Sequence record: SRR31156797_1198
Direction: 5' to 3' (one strand)
DNA: 64,000 nucleotides
The notes beneath the pieces are model-generated. The model did not search any database and had not been told where the DNA came from. It was given only the letters and a program-made list of their open reading frames with translations. The position numbers and the translations under genes were made by a program. This document shows positions 9,806 through 19,307 of the stretch, one piece after another (the first letter of the stretch is position 1; every line of letters begins with the position of its first letter).

Positions 9806-12433
9806 TTAGTAAGTAATCGTTGCTTCTTTCTTTGCTTCTAGAGAAACTTGCTGCCCATTCACTAAGATCGTGACTGGCTGATCAGCGGTGATCGTCAATG
9901 TTTCATGTGTAACATTCAATGCAAAGCGGGTGCCGCGAACTTCTAGCTGAAAGGCTAAGCTGTCCCAAGCTTTTGGCAAGTTTGGTGTGATCTGCAGTTG
10001 CTCTTCTCGAATATCAATCCCAGCAAAAGTGGTTAACGGAATAAACAACGTAGCGGCCATGACACCGGCGTGAATGCCTTCTGCCGTGGTCCCGCCTTGG
10101 ATATCACGATAATCAGAAGAGAGGGCTTCTTGGTATAACGACCAAGCCAATTCCTGATCATCCACCATTGCCGCTAACTGAGCGTGAACGATCCGCGACA
10201 AAGTCGAGCCGTGGGAGGTGCGAGCCAAATAATAATGGAGATTTTTTTCAATATAGTCTGTTGGCAGTTGGTAAGAAAGATCCGCCAAAATTTGATTGAC
10301 TTGCTCTTTTGAGAAATTATAGAAAATCATCAAACTATCGGCTTGTTTCGCGACTTTGTAGCTGTCAGCACTCTTGCCTTCAGCGTTTAGGATGCGATCC
10401 ATCCGATAAATGTTGCCATATTTCTCTTTATAATGGGCCCAATCCAGATCTTCCAACTGGAAGTACCCTTCAAACTGTGCGATGATGCCTTCGTGATCGA
10501 TCTCTAAGCCTAATTTGGTACGAATATCTGCCATAGCAGCAATATCCGCTGGGGTTAAAGCCGTTTTCTCCAATACTGCTTGGAAGCTCTCTGCTGATAG
10601 TTGTTGTTGGAGGTTCTCGATCTCTTCAAACAACCATACTACCATCATATTGGTATAGGCGTTGTTTTTCAAGCCGCCTTGTTCACTATTTGGGTAGCTT
10701 TCATGAAATTCATCTGGTCCCATGACTTTATCGATAAAGTAACGTTGAGCAGTATCATCCCAGGTGGCAGCACTTTGCCAGAAATGGGCGACTTCTAACA
10801 TCAATTCTAATCCATATTGTTCCATAAAGGGACGGTCTTGTGTGTTGTGCCAATATTGCCAAATGTTATAAGCGATCGCTAAGGAGACGTGGCGCTGCAA
10901 GCGACTGTGGTCTTCTTTCCATTCGCCGCTGATAGGGTTCAAATGCAGTTCTTGGGATTGCTCACTGCCATCCAAGCCTGATTGCCATGGGAACATGGCG
11001 CCTTGGTAACCGGCTTTTTGGGCATCTTTTTTGGCAGCAGCTAAGCGGCGGTAGCGATACAGCAAAATTTCTTTGGCGGTGTCAGGAAAATGTAGAATGT
11101 AAAAGGGTAAGATAAACAGTTCATCCCAGAAAATATGACCGCGATAGGCTTCACCATGTAGGCCACGGGCAGTGATACTGGCATCTAAGGACTCCTGATA
11201 AGCATTCGGTGCTGCGGAGACCAGCAGATGATACGTATGCAGATTCAGCATTTTTTGCGACATCAAGTCACCAGTGACTTCGATGGCCGCTTTCGCCCAT
11301 AATTCAGCCCAGGCTTGTTTTGAGGCGGTATACATCGTCGCAAAATCAGGTAATGCTAAGGAAGAAAACGTAAATGCCGGTTGCGGATCCTCTTGGCGAT
11401 AAGCGGTAGCAGTGACTGATTTTTCGACCCGATAAGTTTGTCCCTCCGTCACCTCAAGGGCTACTTGCTGACGGACGAGCTGGTCGTTTGTTTCAGCGTG
11501 CAGCTCAGCCAATGGCAGGTCCTGTGAAAACAGTTCAGAGGATTGGACAACGGTAATCTGTGATTGGTTAGTGGTGACCACTAAATGCGCTTTGTTTTGT
11601 TCAGCTGCTGTCTCTTTCACGGTCAAATGCTGGTTGGTTAAGCTACGGTAACGAGCGACGTTATAGTTATAGACCGATCCGTCGGCTTCACTGACGAAAG
11701 TAACGGTGCCGGAAAAGTTCAGCGGGGTAAACTGATAGACCAAGCTATATTGGTGAACGTCTTGCATATTGGCGATTTTCTTCGTTTCGATTCGCAGACG
11801 CTTTTGTTTTTTTGTTTCAATTTCTGCCACTGATTGGAACAAGCCGGTCTTCAGATCTAATGTCCGTTTAAAGGAAAGAAGCTGATTGTTGGCAATGTCG
11901 ATCACTTCATCATCGATCTTCACGTACATTTTTTGCAGATTCGGTGCATTGACGAAGTCTTCATTGCTGATGGTATGACCAGAAACATCAGATTCCACCG
12001 TATTGTAAAGACTTGCTAAATACAGCCCTGGATAGTTCGCTTCACAAATGGTCATCTCAGGCGTCGTGCCTCGCAGCCCTAGATAGCCGTTGCCGACGGT
12101 TAAAAGTGACTCCACCGAGTATTCATCTTTACCAGGGGTGTAGCCATAGTATTCGAGGTTCCAAGGAATTTCAGCACTTTTTTCTTCATACTGTTCTTTC
12201 GTGGTGCAAACAAAGGGACGATTCAATTTTTCTGTCAACCATTGGTCCAGTGAAAAAGTCCCTTCTTCATTCGTAAACACCAGAGATTCAGAGACGATCC
12301 CGCCACCTTCCATTTTCTGCAGCTGCGCGGTCAGTGCAGCAACTCGTTCACTGTCTGTCCCAGAAAACGGATAGGTCGTACCGGTTTGATCCGTTAACAG
12401 CCATTCTTCCTTAGACAATATAATCGTATTCAC
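9806..12433 (-). CDS. trePP: GH65 trehalose-6-phosphate phosphorylase with N-terminal extension
   Basis: GH65 motifs ARGLHGEAYRGHIFWDE, GPDEFHE, KQAD, HGSTLS. Clustered with beta-PGM, treR and a trehalose PTS. Confidence 0.85.
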   Translation of the reverse strand: MNTIILSKEEWLLTDQTGTTYPFSGTDSERVAALTAQLQKMEGGGIVSESLVFTNEEGTFSLDQWLTEKLNRPFVCTTKEQYEEKSAEIPWNLEYYGYTPGKDEYSVESLLTVGNGYLGLRGTTPEMTICEANYPGLYLASLYNTVESDVSGHTISNEDFVNAPNLQKMYVKIDDEVIDIANNQLLSFKRTLDLKTGLFQSVAEIETKKQKRLRIETKKIANMQDVHQYSLVYQFTPLNFSGTVTFVSEADGSVYNYNVARYRSLTNQHLTVKETAAEQNKAHLVVTTNQSQITVVQSSELFSQDLPLAELHAETNDQLVRQQVALEVTEGQTYRVEKSVTATAYRQEDPQPAFTFSSLALPDFATMYTASKQAWAELWAKAAIEVTGDLMSQKMLNLHTYHLLVSAAPNAYQESLDASITARGLHGEAYRGHIFWDELFILPFYILHFPDTAKEILLYRYRRLAAAKKDAQKAGYQGAMFPWQSGLDGSEQSQELHLNPISGEWKEDHSRLQRHVSLAIAYNIWQYWHNTQDRPFMEQYGLELMLEVAHFWQSAATWDDTAQRYFIDKVMGPDEFHESYPNSEQGGLKNNAYTNMMVVWLFEEIENLQQQLSAESFQAVLEKTALTPADIAAMADIRTKLGLEIDHEGIIAQFEGYFQLEDLDWAHYKEKYGNIYRMDRILNAEGKSADSYKVAKQADSLMIFYNFSKEQVNQILADLSYQLPTDYIEKNLHYYLARTSHGSTLSRIVHAQLAAMVDDQELAWSLYQEALSSDYRDIQGGTTAEGIHAGVMAATLFIPLTTFAGIDIREEQLQITPNLPKAWDSLAFQLEVRGTRFALNVTHETLTITADQPVTILVNGQQVSLEAKKEATITY

Positions 12434-12453
12434 AATAGTTGTCCTCCTTTAAA

Positions 12454-12467
12454 CTTGTCTATACATG
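12454..12467. promoter_or_regulatory. Probable TreR operator; second, degenerate site at ~12731-12745
   Basis: CTTGTCTATACATG matches the GT-N-TA-N-AC GntR/HutC-type palindrome, in the divergent tre promoter region. Confidence 0.6.
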
Positions 12468-12676
12468 CAAGATGATTATAACGTAATTTGTAAGCTATTT
12501 CAATTTATCTCACCTGTTTTTTTATTCTTTTTTGTTAAATAAACAGTAAATAAAGTCATTGGCAATATTATTTTATATTAATCAAATATTTTAAAAAACG
12601 TTTATTTATTAAGTTTTTAATACGGTACCTTTTCTATTCACTTGTATTGTTTGTAGAAAAAGTGGAAAAAATTGGT

Positions 12677-12690
12677 TTGAAACGCTTGCA
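12677..12690 (+). promoter_or_regulatory. cre-like (CcpA) site at the tre PTS promoter
   Basis: TTGAAACGCTTGCA overlapping the TTGCAA -35-like hexamer. Confidence 0.55.
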
Positions 12691-12769
12691 ATATCAAAAC
12701 TATCAAGTTATGATTAGTGCGTAATTAAAACATATATATACAAGTGGATATGAAAGGGGTTTATTAATT

Positions 12770-14707
12770 ATGGGAAAGTATCGTGATGATGCTGAGAAGC
12801 TGCTGGAATATGTTGGCGGCAAAGAAAATATCGCCGCAGTAACACATTGCGCGACACGGATGCGTTTTGTTTTGAACGATCAGACAAAAGCAAACGAAAA
12901 GGCAATTGAAGAAATTCCAAGTGTCAAAGGGATGTTTACGAATGCGGGACAATTCCAAGTCATTATCGGCAATGATGTCTCAACGTTTTACAATGATTTT
13001 ACCGATGTATCAGGAATAGAAGGTGTTTCTAAAGAACAAAGCAAAGCGATTGCAAAAAACAATCAAAATATCGTGCAACGAGCGATTGCTACGTTAGCTG
13101 AGATCTTTACCCCGTTATTACCAGCGATTATTGTCGGTGGTTTGATGCTAGGGCTGAGAAATTTCTTAGAAGGTGTACCGTTAGAAGCTCTAGGTGGACA
13201 AACGATTACGCAAGCTTCTACTTTTTGGAACGGTGTCAACGGCTTTTTATGGCTGCCCTGTGAAGCGATCTTTCACTTTCTACCAGTAGGGATTACCTGG
13301 AGTATTACACGTAAGATGGGAACCACGCAAATATTAGGGATTGTTTTAGGGATTACATTGGTTTCACCGCAATTATTAAATGCTTATTCAGTAAGTTCAA
13401 CTTCTGCTGCAGAAATTGCTCAAAATTATACGTGGGACTTCGGGTTCTTCACTATTGATAAAATTGGGTATCAAGCACAAGTGATCCCAGCAATGCTGGC
13501 AGGTTTCTTATTGGTTTATCTTGAAAGATTCTTCCGGAAATGGATTCCAGAAGCGGTTTCAATGATCTTCGTTCCATTGTTCTCATTGCTGCCAACTATT
13601 TTAGCAGCTCACATGGTATTAGGTCCAATCGGTTGGCAAATCGGATCAGGCATTTCTTGGGTCGTAAATGCTGGCTTGACCTCACCATTAAACTGGTTAT
13701 TTGGTTTCATTTTCGGTGGCTTGTATGCGCCTTTGGTTATTACCGGATTGCATCATACAACGCTAGCGATCGACTCTCAATTAGTAGCGGATTTTGGGAC
13801 AACAAACCTTTGGCCAATGATCATGCTGTCAAATATTGCGCAAGGTACGGCAGTATTGGCGATTTGGTTCCTTCACCGTGGCAATAAAAAAGAAGAACAA
13901 GTCTCTGTTCCAGCAACGATTTCTGCTTACATGGGGGTTACTGAACCAGCGATGTTCGGGATCAATTTGAAATATGTTTACCCATTTGTCGCAGCAATGG
14001 TAGGTTCTGCCTTCGGTGGAATGCTGATCACTGCAACGAATACCCGTGCATTAGGTATTGGTGTAGGGGGACTGCCTGGCTTCTTATCATTTAAAATTGA
14101 AAACTATCCAATGGTCTTCATCTCAATGGCGGTGACGATTGCGATCACTTTTGTTTGCACTATCGTCTTTAGAAAAGTTACCTTCTTAAATAAATTAGAA
14201 CCGCAATTGGCTGCTGATACAGCTGCAGCCCCAGAAGCAACACAAGTTTCAGAAGAAACCCTTTATGCCCCAGCTGATGGGAAAGTAGTTGCCATCACTG
14301 AAGTTTCTGATCCTGTCTTTTCTCAAAAAATGATGGGTGACGGCTTTGCTGTTCAGCCAACGAACGGAACGATTTATGCTCCTGTTGCAGGTACGATCTC
14401 TAGCATTTTTGAAACGAAACATGCAATCGGGATTTTAACGCCTGGTGGCGCGGAAGTTCTCGTCCACATGGGCTTGGATACTGTAGAACTAAAAGGTGCG
14501 CCATTTGAGGTTCTTGTTTCTGAAGGTGATACGGTCACACCAGAAACGAAGCTTGCAGTGATGGATCTAGATGCCGTTATCGCAGCTGGCAAACAGACTG
14601 ATGTTTTGACGGTCATCACGAATGCCGAAAAAGTGCGTCAGCTTTCATTGACGACTACAGGCACAGTGACAGCAAAAACAGCGGTTGGTTCAGCTGAATT
14701 AAACTAA
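12770..14707 (+). CDS. treB: Trehalose PTS EIIBCA
   Basis: EIIB HCATRMRF, EIIC ITGLHH and GVTEPAMFG, EIIA LVHMGLDTV. Confidence 0.9.
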   Translation: MGKYRDDAEKLLEYVGGKENIAAVTHCATRMRFVLNDQTKANEKAIEEIPSVKGMFTNAGQFQVIIGNDVSTFYNDFTDVSGIEGVSKEQSKAIAKNNQNIVQRAIATLAEIFTPLLPAIIVGGLMLGLRNFLEGVPLEALGGQTITQASTFWNGVNGFLWLPCEAIFHFLPVGITWSITRKMGTTQILGIVLGITLVSPQLLNAYSVSSTSAAEIAQNYTWDFGFFTIDKIGYQAQVIPAMLAGFLLVYLERFFRKWIPEAVSMIFVPLFSLLPTILAAHMVLGPIGWQIGSGISWVVNAGLTSPLNWLFGFIFGGLYAPLVITGLHHTTLAIDSQLVADFGTTNLWPMIMLSNIAQGTAVLAIWFLHRGNKKEEQVSVPATISAYMGVTEPAMFGINLKYVYPFVAAMVGSAFGGMLITATNTRALGIGVGGLPGFLSFKIENYPMVFISMAVTIAITFVCTIVFRKVTFLNKLEPQLAADTAAAPEATQVSEETLYAPADGKVVAITEVSDPVFSQKMMGDGFAVQPTNGTIYAPVAGTISSIFETKHAIGILTPGGAEVLVHMGLDTVELKGAPFEVLVSEGDTVTPETKLAVMDLDAVIAAGKQTDVLTVITNAEKVRQLSLTTTGTVTAKTAVGSAELN

Positions 14708-14831
14708 AAAAATAATCCGTTTCCGAGAGCGCCCTTTGACTAAGAAGGGGAATCGGAAGCGGATTTTTTTATGGGCCGTCCTCAAGGGAGGGCGGCTTTT
14801 TTTCGTTGTTTTTCAATTGGCAAAGCCGCAG

Positions 14832-16205
14832 TTAGCTGACAGCTTTTTTGTCGGTGTTTTTGCGGAAGTAGTTAATCGTTAATAGGAAAGTCAGTAAGAC
14901 CAGGGCCCACAAAAAGAATAAGGCGATTTGAGAGCCGATGACCGTCCCTTGGGTGTAATCGGTCGTCGCATTTTGTGCCAAATTGATAATGGTCGCCACC
15001 ACAGCCGTCGCCACTGCACCAGAAAATTGCTGCAGCGTATTAAAGATCGCATTACCGTCCGCGTACAACGCAGGAGTCAGCTTGTTTAAGCCGGTGGTCA
15101 TCATATTGCTGTAGGCTAAGCCGATCCCGATCATGTAAAAGACATGTCCGGCAACTAGGCTCCAAATGAAAGGCGAACGCAAAACAAGGGCTAAGGCAAG
15201 CCAACCAATGGCAATCAAAGTCAAACCAGACAGGATCGGTTTTTTCGGTCCAACTTTATCCAGCAACCGACCAGAGATCGGCGCAAGGACCGCCCCGATG
15301 GCCGCCCCAGGAAGCATAACTAATCCTGCAGTAAAGGCATCTTTTCCCAAGACGAGTTGGACAAAGTTCGGCAAGACAAAGGAAATGCCCAGTAAAAGGA
15401 ACTGACAAACGAGAAAGCCGAAAAGAAACAAACTGAAACTGCGGTTTTTCAAAACAGCCAAACGAATCAAAGGGTTTGGACCTTTTGAACGTTGATAAAA
15501 CAAGCCAGCACCAATGAAACCGAAAAGCAGCGGCAGTAGACTCGCTAAGGTGCCTACTTGATTCAAGAACAATAAGAAGCCGCTGAACATCAAGACGATT
15601 CCTAATACACTCAGTAAATCCAGGGAAGTGTCTTTTGCCCCAGCCGTCTTAGGGATCGAGTAAAGACCGAGTACTAGGGAGATCAGTAAGACTGGGATCA
15701 AGAAAAGAAAGATCGCATTCCAAGACCAATGGGCGGTCAATAATCCTCCATATGTCGGTCCGATCGCTGGAGCGATGGAAGTGGTCAAATTCCCTAAGCC
15801 GATCGCCGCTCCCCGCTTTTCAAAGGGGGAGTAAGTCAAAATGATGTGGAACATCAAAGGCAGTGCGATCCCTGTGCTGGCACCTTGGAAAAAGCGGCCA
15901 ATCAGCAAAATGGCAAACGTCGGCGATAAAAAGTCGATCACCAAGCCAACAAGGAAGAAGGCGTTGGCAGCTAGAAACAAGGTTCTCAATGAGAAGCGTT
16001 TCAAAAGGTAGGTCGATATTGGGACAATGATCGAGATGACCAGTAAGTAGATGGTCGTCACCCATTGGACATCGGATGTTGAAAGCGTAAATTGATCGAT
16101 CAATGTCGGAAACGTTACATTCATGGCTGTTTCAATCAGCACGCCTGCAAATGACATCAATCCGGTTGCGAGGATCGCCCCCACGAGTTTTTTGTTGTTT
16201 TCCAT
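14832..16205 (-). CDS. MFS transporter, DHA2/LmrB-like drug exporter
   Basis: About 14 hydrophobic segments, ETAMNVTFP, GRFFQG, APAIGPTYGG motif C. ATG at 16205 follows GAGGTG. Confidence 0.85.
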   Translation of the reverse strand: MENNKKLVGAILATGLMSFAGVLIETAMNVTFPTLIDQFTLSTSDVQWVTTIYLLVISIIVPISTYLLKRFSLRTLFLAANAFFLVGLVIDFLSPTFAILLIGRFFQGASTGIALPLMFHIILTYSPFEKRGAAIGLGNLTTSIAPAIGPTYGGLLTAHWSWNAIFLFLIPVLLISLVLGLYSIPKTAGAKDTSLDLLSVLGIVLMFSGFLLFLNQVGTLASLLPLLFGFIGAGLFYQRSKGPNPLIRLAVLKNRSFSLFLFGFLVCQFLLLGISFVLPNFVQLVLGKDAFTAGLVMLPGAAIGAVLAPISGRLLDKVGPKKPILSGLTLIAIGWLALALVLRSPFIWSLVAGHVFYMIGIGLAYSNMMTTGLNKLTPALYADGNAIFNTLQQFSGAVATAVVATIINLAQNATTDYTQGTVIGSQIALFFLWALVLLTFLLTINYFRKNTDKKAVS

Positions 16206-16227
16206 ATTCTCACCTCTAAAAATTCGC

Positions 16228-16345
16228 AAAAAAAGAGACCGTTTCTATTCTCATAGAAACCGCCTCTCTCTCGACAAGCGAACCCGCTTGTTATCTGTAC
16301 GATTTAATCTATCGCTATTCTACTGACTTCATAAGAAAGTGTCAA
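16228..16345 (-). promoter_or_regulatory. Sigma-A promoter and terminator-containing leader of the MFS gene
   Basis: TTGACA-N17-TAGAAT (16345-16317), then a leader with two hairpins and a U7 tract before the RBS. Confidence 0.7.
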
Positions 16346-16463
16346 GAGAAGTGGATAAAAAAATAGCAAAAAACTTTTTTGAAAGTTTTCAAACTTTTAC
16401 TTACACGAAAAATTTTCTTCTGCTAGAATAGTCGAGTACGAAAAAGAGAAAGGAAGTTGTTAC

Positions 16464-16949
16464 ATGCCCATCAATAAAAAAGAAAGTTTGATCTATACGA
16501 CACTTATGTGTATTTTCATGGTGTATTTTATGAGTGTTTATAACCTCATGTTTCAAGTCGGTGTTTCGGCATTGGCATTCCAATTGGCGTGGAATGAATT
16601 GCCATTAGCCCTTTGTGTCGCCTTTATTTTGGATTGGTTCATTGTTTCGGGTCCAGCAAAAGGTTTGGCGTTTCGATTTTTGGACCATCAATCAGCTACT
16701 TGGAAAAAAATCGGTTTGATTTCTTCATTGATGATCGCCGGCATGGTGATCTGTATGTCACTCTTTGGTGCGTTGATGCACCCAAACCCTGATCACTCGG
16801 TGTTCGTCAATTGGCTAAGCAACATTGGGAAAAATGTGATTGTCGCATTGCCGTTGCAATTGTTCATTGCAGGCCCAATCGTTCGCCGGGTGTTTCGCGC
16901 CTTGTTTCCTATTGGCACTGTGCAAGAACAGCCAGTACTAGGGGAATAA
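16464..16949 (+). CDS. DUF2798-like membrane protein
   Basis: Four hydrophobic helices in two repeats, ending ALPLQLFIAGPIVR. Confidence 0.65.
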   Translation: MPINKKESLIYTTLMCIFMVYFMSVYNLMFQVGVSALAFQLAWNELPLALCVAFILDWFIVSGPAKGLAFRFLDHQSATWKKIGLISSLMIAGMVICMSLFGALMHPNPDHSVFVNWLSNIGKNVIVALPLQLFIAGPIVRRVFRALFPIGTVQEQPVLGE

Positions 16950-17241
16950 TCGATCAGTAGAAAAAACGTACTGCAGACAGGCTCTACCAAGGTTAGCTAA
17001 AAATAGCTGGCTTGGCGATAACTGGACTTGCGGCACGTTTTTTTGCTTTTATAAACAACAAAAAAACCCATAGGATGGTATGGGTTTTTCTGGTTACCCT
17101 ATGAAATAGGATACAGGATGTACCTATATAGTAATATGGTGAGGCTAAAAAGGAAAGCTCAATTTTTTCATCAATACATGAAATTAATGCAAATTGCTAG
17201 TTTTTCTGACGAAAAAAACAACTTATAATTGTTTTTGCCGA

Positions 17242-17406
17242 TTAGTCTGTGTAGAAACCAATCAGTTGATACCAACGACGATGCTCAATATGGTAGGCAT
17301 CAGGTGAGTACCCTGACATTGAAAAACCGATAAAGGTGATGACCAGTCCGAGAATAATAAACAACAGACTGAGAAAAACGAAAAAGCGCTTATTGATTTT
17401 GATCAT
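17242..17406 (-). CDS. Small membrane protein (54 aa)
   Basis: ATG overlaps the upstream stop (ATGA coupling). One TM helix. Confidence 0.6.
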   Translation of the reverse strand: MIKINKRFFVFLSLLFIILGLVITFIGFSMSGYSPDAYHIEHRRWYQLIGFYTD

Positions 17407-17993
17407 AGGACTGCCTTCTTTCGATAGTTTTGAACAAATGATTTTGGCCAAACGACAAGGGAGTGGGTAAGACGTGAAAAAGGTCGGCTCATACTATAAG
17501 TGGCGATCAGACAAAGAAGCCCTAAACCAAATAAGAAAATCCCCACGCCTAACTGACTTAAAAAGAGATAGAAACCATCCGCCATCAGCATTGGACTTAA
17601 GACAACGCTAGCAATCCCACCGATAAACGTAGTGACACCAATCATGCCAGTGGTGAAAGGCACACACCAGATGATTATTAAAAAGCTTAGGATCAGCAAA
17701 GCGGCACTTAACAATAAGCTACCCCACAATGGAAAGCCTAGCACTAAGATCAAGAGCAAAAAGGGATGAAAGCGGCGGGGAATCTCTACCACGACCTCTT
17801 CTGTTTCTGTGACTGTTTGGATCAGTTCTTTTGGGGAGCCAAGGCGTGCCACGGCTTCTTCTTCAGTGTATCCTTCTTCCATCAAATCTTCGATCATCTC
17901 GTCATAATAGTTGATCAGCTGATGAATCTCGCTAGGTCTGACTTTTTCAGATAATTCTGCAGCCAATGCCTTGATAAAATCAACTCTGTTCAT
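17403..17993 (-). CDS. DUF1700 (HAAS) membrane protein
   Basis: YYDEMIED...EEEAVARLGSPKE motif followed by TM helices. Lies downstream of padR. Confidence 0.8.
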   Translation of the reverse strand: MNRVDFIKALAAELSEKVRPSEIHQLINYYDEMIEDLMEEGYTEEEAVARLGSPKELIQTVTETEEVVVEIPRRFHPFLLLILVLGFPLWGSLLLSAALLILSFLIIIWCVPFTTGMIGVTTFIGGIASVVLSPMLMADGFYLFLSQLGVGIFLFGLGLLCLIATYSMSRPFSRLTHSLVVWPKSFVQNYRKKAVL

Positions 17994-18306
17994 CTAGTGT
18001 TCCTCCTTTAATAAATCGCTGGATCAATGTCAATTGGGGCCAGTCGTTGGTTAAAAAATCGTCGATCCGCTGTTTGCCAAGTTTGGTCAAGCGGTAATAT
18101 TTTCGGGTCCGTCCTTGATGACTCTTGTTGTAAGTCTCAACCGCTCGGCTGGCTTCTAAGCGCTTCAAGATAGGGTAGAGGGTGGATTCTGAGATTGGTA
18201 GTAAAGGAGAAATATTTTTGACTAATTCATAGCCATAAGAGTCCCCGTGCTGCAAATAGGCTAAAACACAAATTTCCAATAATCCTTTTTTTAATTGGGC
18301 ATCCAA
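17980..18306 (-). CDS. PadR-family transcriptional regulator
   Basis: LKKGLLE...YGYEL...STLYPILKRL...RKYYRLT. TTG start. Confidence 0.92.
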   Translation of the reverse strand: MDAQLKKGLLEICVLAYLQHGDSYGYELVKNISPLLPISESTLYPILKRLEASRAVETYNKSHQGRTRKYYRLTKLGKQRIDDFLTNDWPQLTLIQRFIKGGTLDEQS

Positions 18307-18329
18307 AGGCTCTCCTCCTGTTCATATCC

Positions 18330-18350
18330 ATACTATACATTACATAGTAT
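18330..18350. promoter_or_regulatory. Probable PadR autoregulatory operator
   Basis: ATACTAT-N7-ATAGTAT inverted repeat overlapping a minus-strand extended -10 (TGaTACTAT). Confidence 0.55.
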
Positions 18351-18618
18351 CATTTCACAAGTAGTATCAAAAAAATCAGTCTTAAGACTTAGCCGTGGAA
18401 AACAGGGAAGTTTTTCAGAAAAATGGTCAAAAATATAAAACAAAATTAAGAAATTCGGCAGAAAGTATATGTTAACGTTCTCTTTTTTGTTAAAGTAGAA
18501 GTATGCAGATTACTTTCAGTAAGAAAATTGGGTGTTGGTGGTGTTTCACTGGAAGAAAGCAAGTGAGAGTAGAGGAGCGTTAGCGAGAGCTGATCGCCTC
18601 AAGAAAGGAAGGGGTATT

Positions 18619-19233
18619 ATGAGAAAAGCAACGATTACGAAAAAATATTTGATCAACTGTTTAAAAAAATATCTGGTGGAATATCTTTATCGGCCAATCA
18701 CTGTCCGCGACATTGCTAAATATGCACGAACATCGACCCAACCAATTTATTTGAATTTTTCAAACATGCAAAATTATAAACAGGCAATGGTCGATGATGT
18801 CTTCCATGACATTCATGAAGCAAAAAAAGAGACGGTGATGACACTGGATCCTCTATACTGTTTTTGGCATGACTATTACGTGTTCGCCAGTCGCAATCGA
18901 GCCCTCTTTTTTGCATTATTTTTAAATGATATTGGTTGTGGTCCCTACATAAAAGAGTGTTCTTTTGCATATTTTCAAGAAGCAATCGCTGAATCAACTG
19001 TTTTTCAATGTGAGCAAGAAAACGATCTGAGGAAATACCATGAAGAAGCCTTGATTTTTTTTAGTGGGTTGGTATTGCTGTTTATTCGTGAAGGGTGTAC
19101 TGACGGCAACAAGGATTTTATAAAAGATACCATGGAGTATTGGGAACGAATGTTAAAGAAAGCAAAAGGCGTGACGCGAGACCAGGGTCGGCAAGGATTA
19201 TTAGAGGTCGGTACGTTTGCTGTAGAGGAATAG
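18619..19233 (+). CDS. TetR/AcrR-like transcriptional regulator
   Basis: ITVRDIAKYARTSTQPIYLNFSNM HTH. ATG follows AAGGAAGGGG. Confidence 0.75.
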   Translation: MRKATITKKYLINCLKKYLVEYLYRPITVRDIAKYARTSTQPIYLNFSNMQNYKQAMVDDVFHDIHEAKKETVMTLDPLYCFWHDYYVFASRNRALFFALFLNDIGCGPYIKECSFAYFQEAIAESTVFQCEQENDLRKYHEEALIFFSGLVLLFIREGCTDGNKDFIKDTMEYWERMLKKAKGVTRDQGRQGLLEVGTFAVEE

Positions 19234-19307
19234 GTACTTGAAATCAAGCATTAAAATAAATATCTGAATATTTTGACACCAAAAAACCGTTAGTGATTAA
19301 ACATTCT

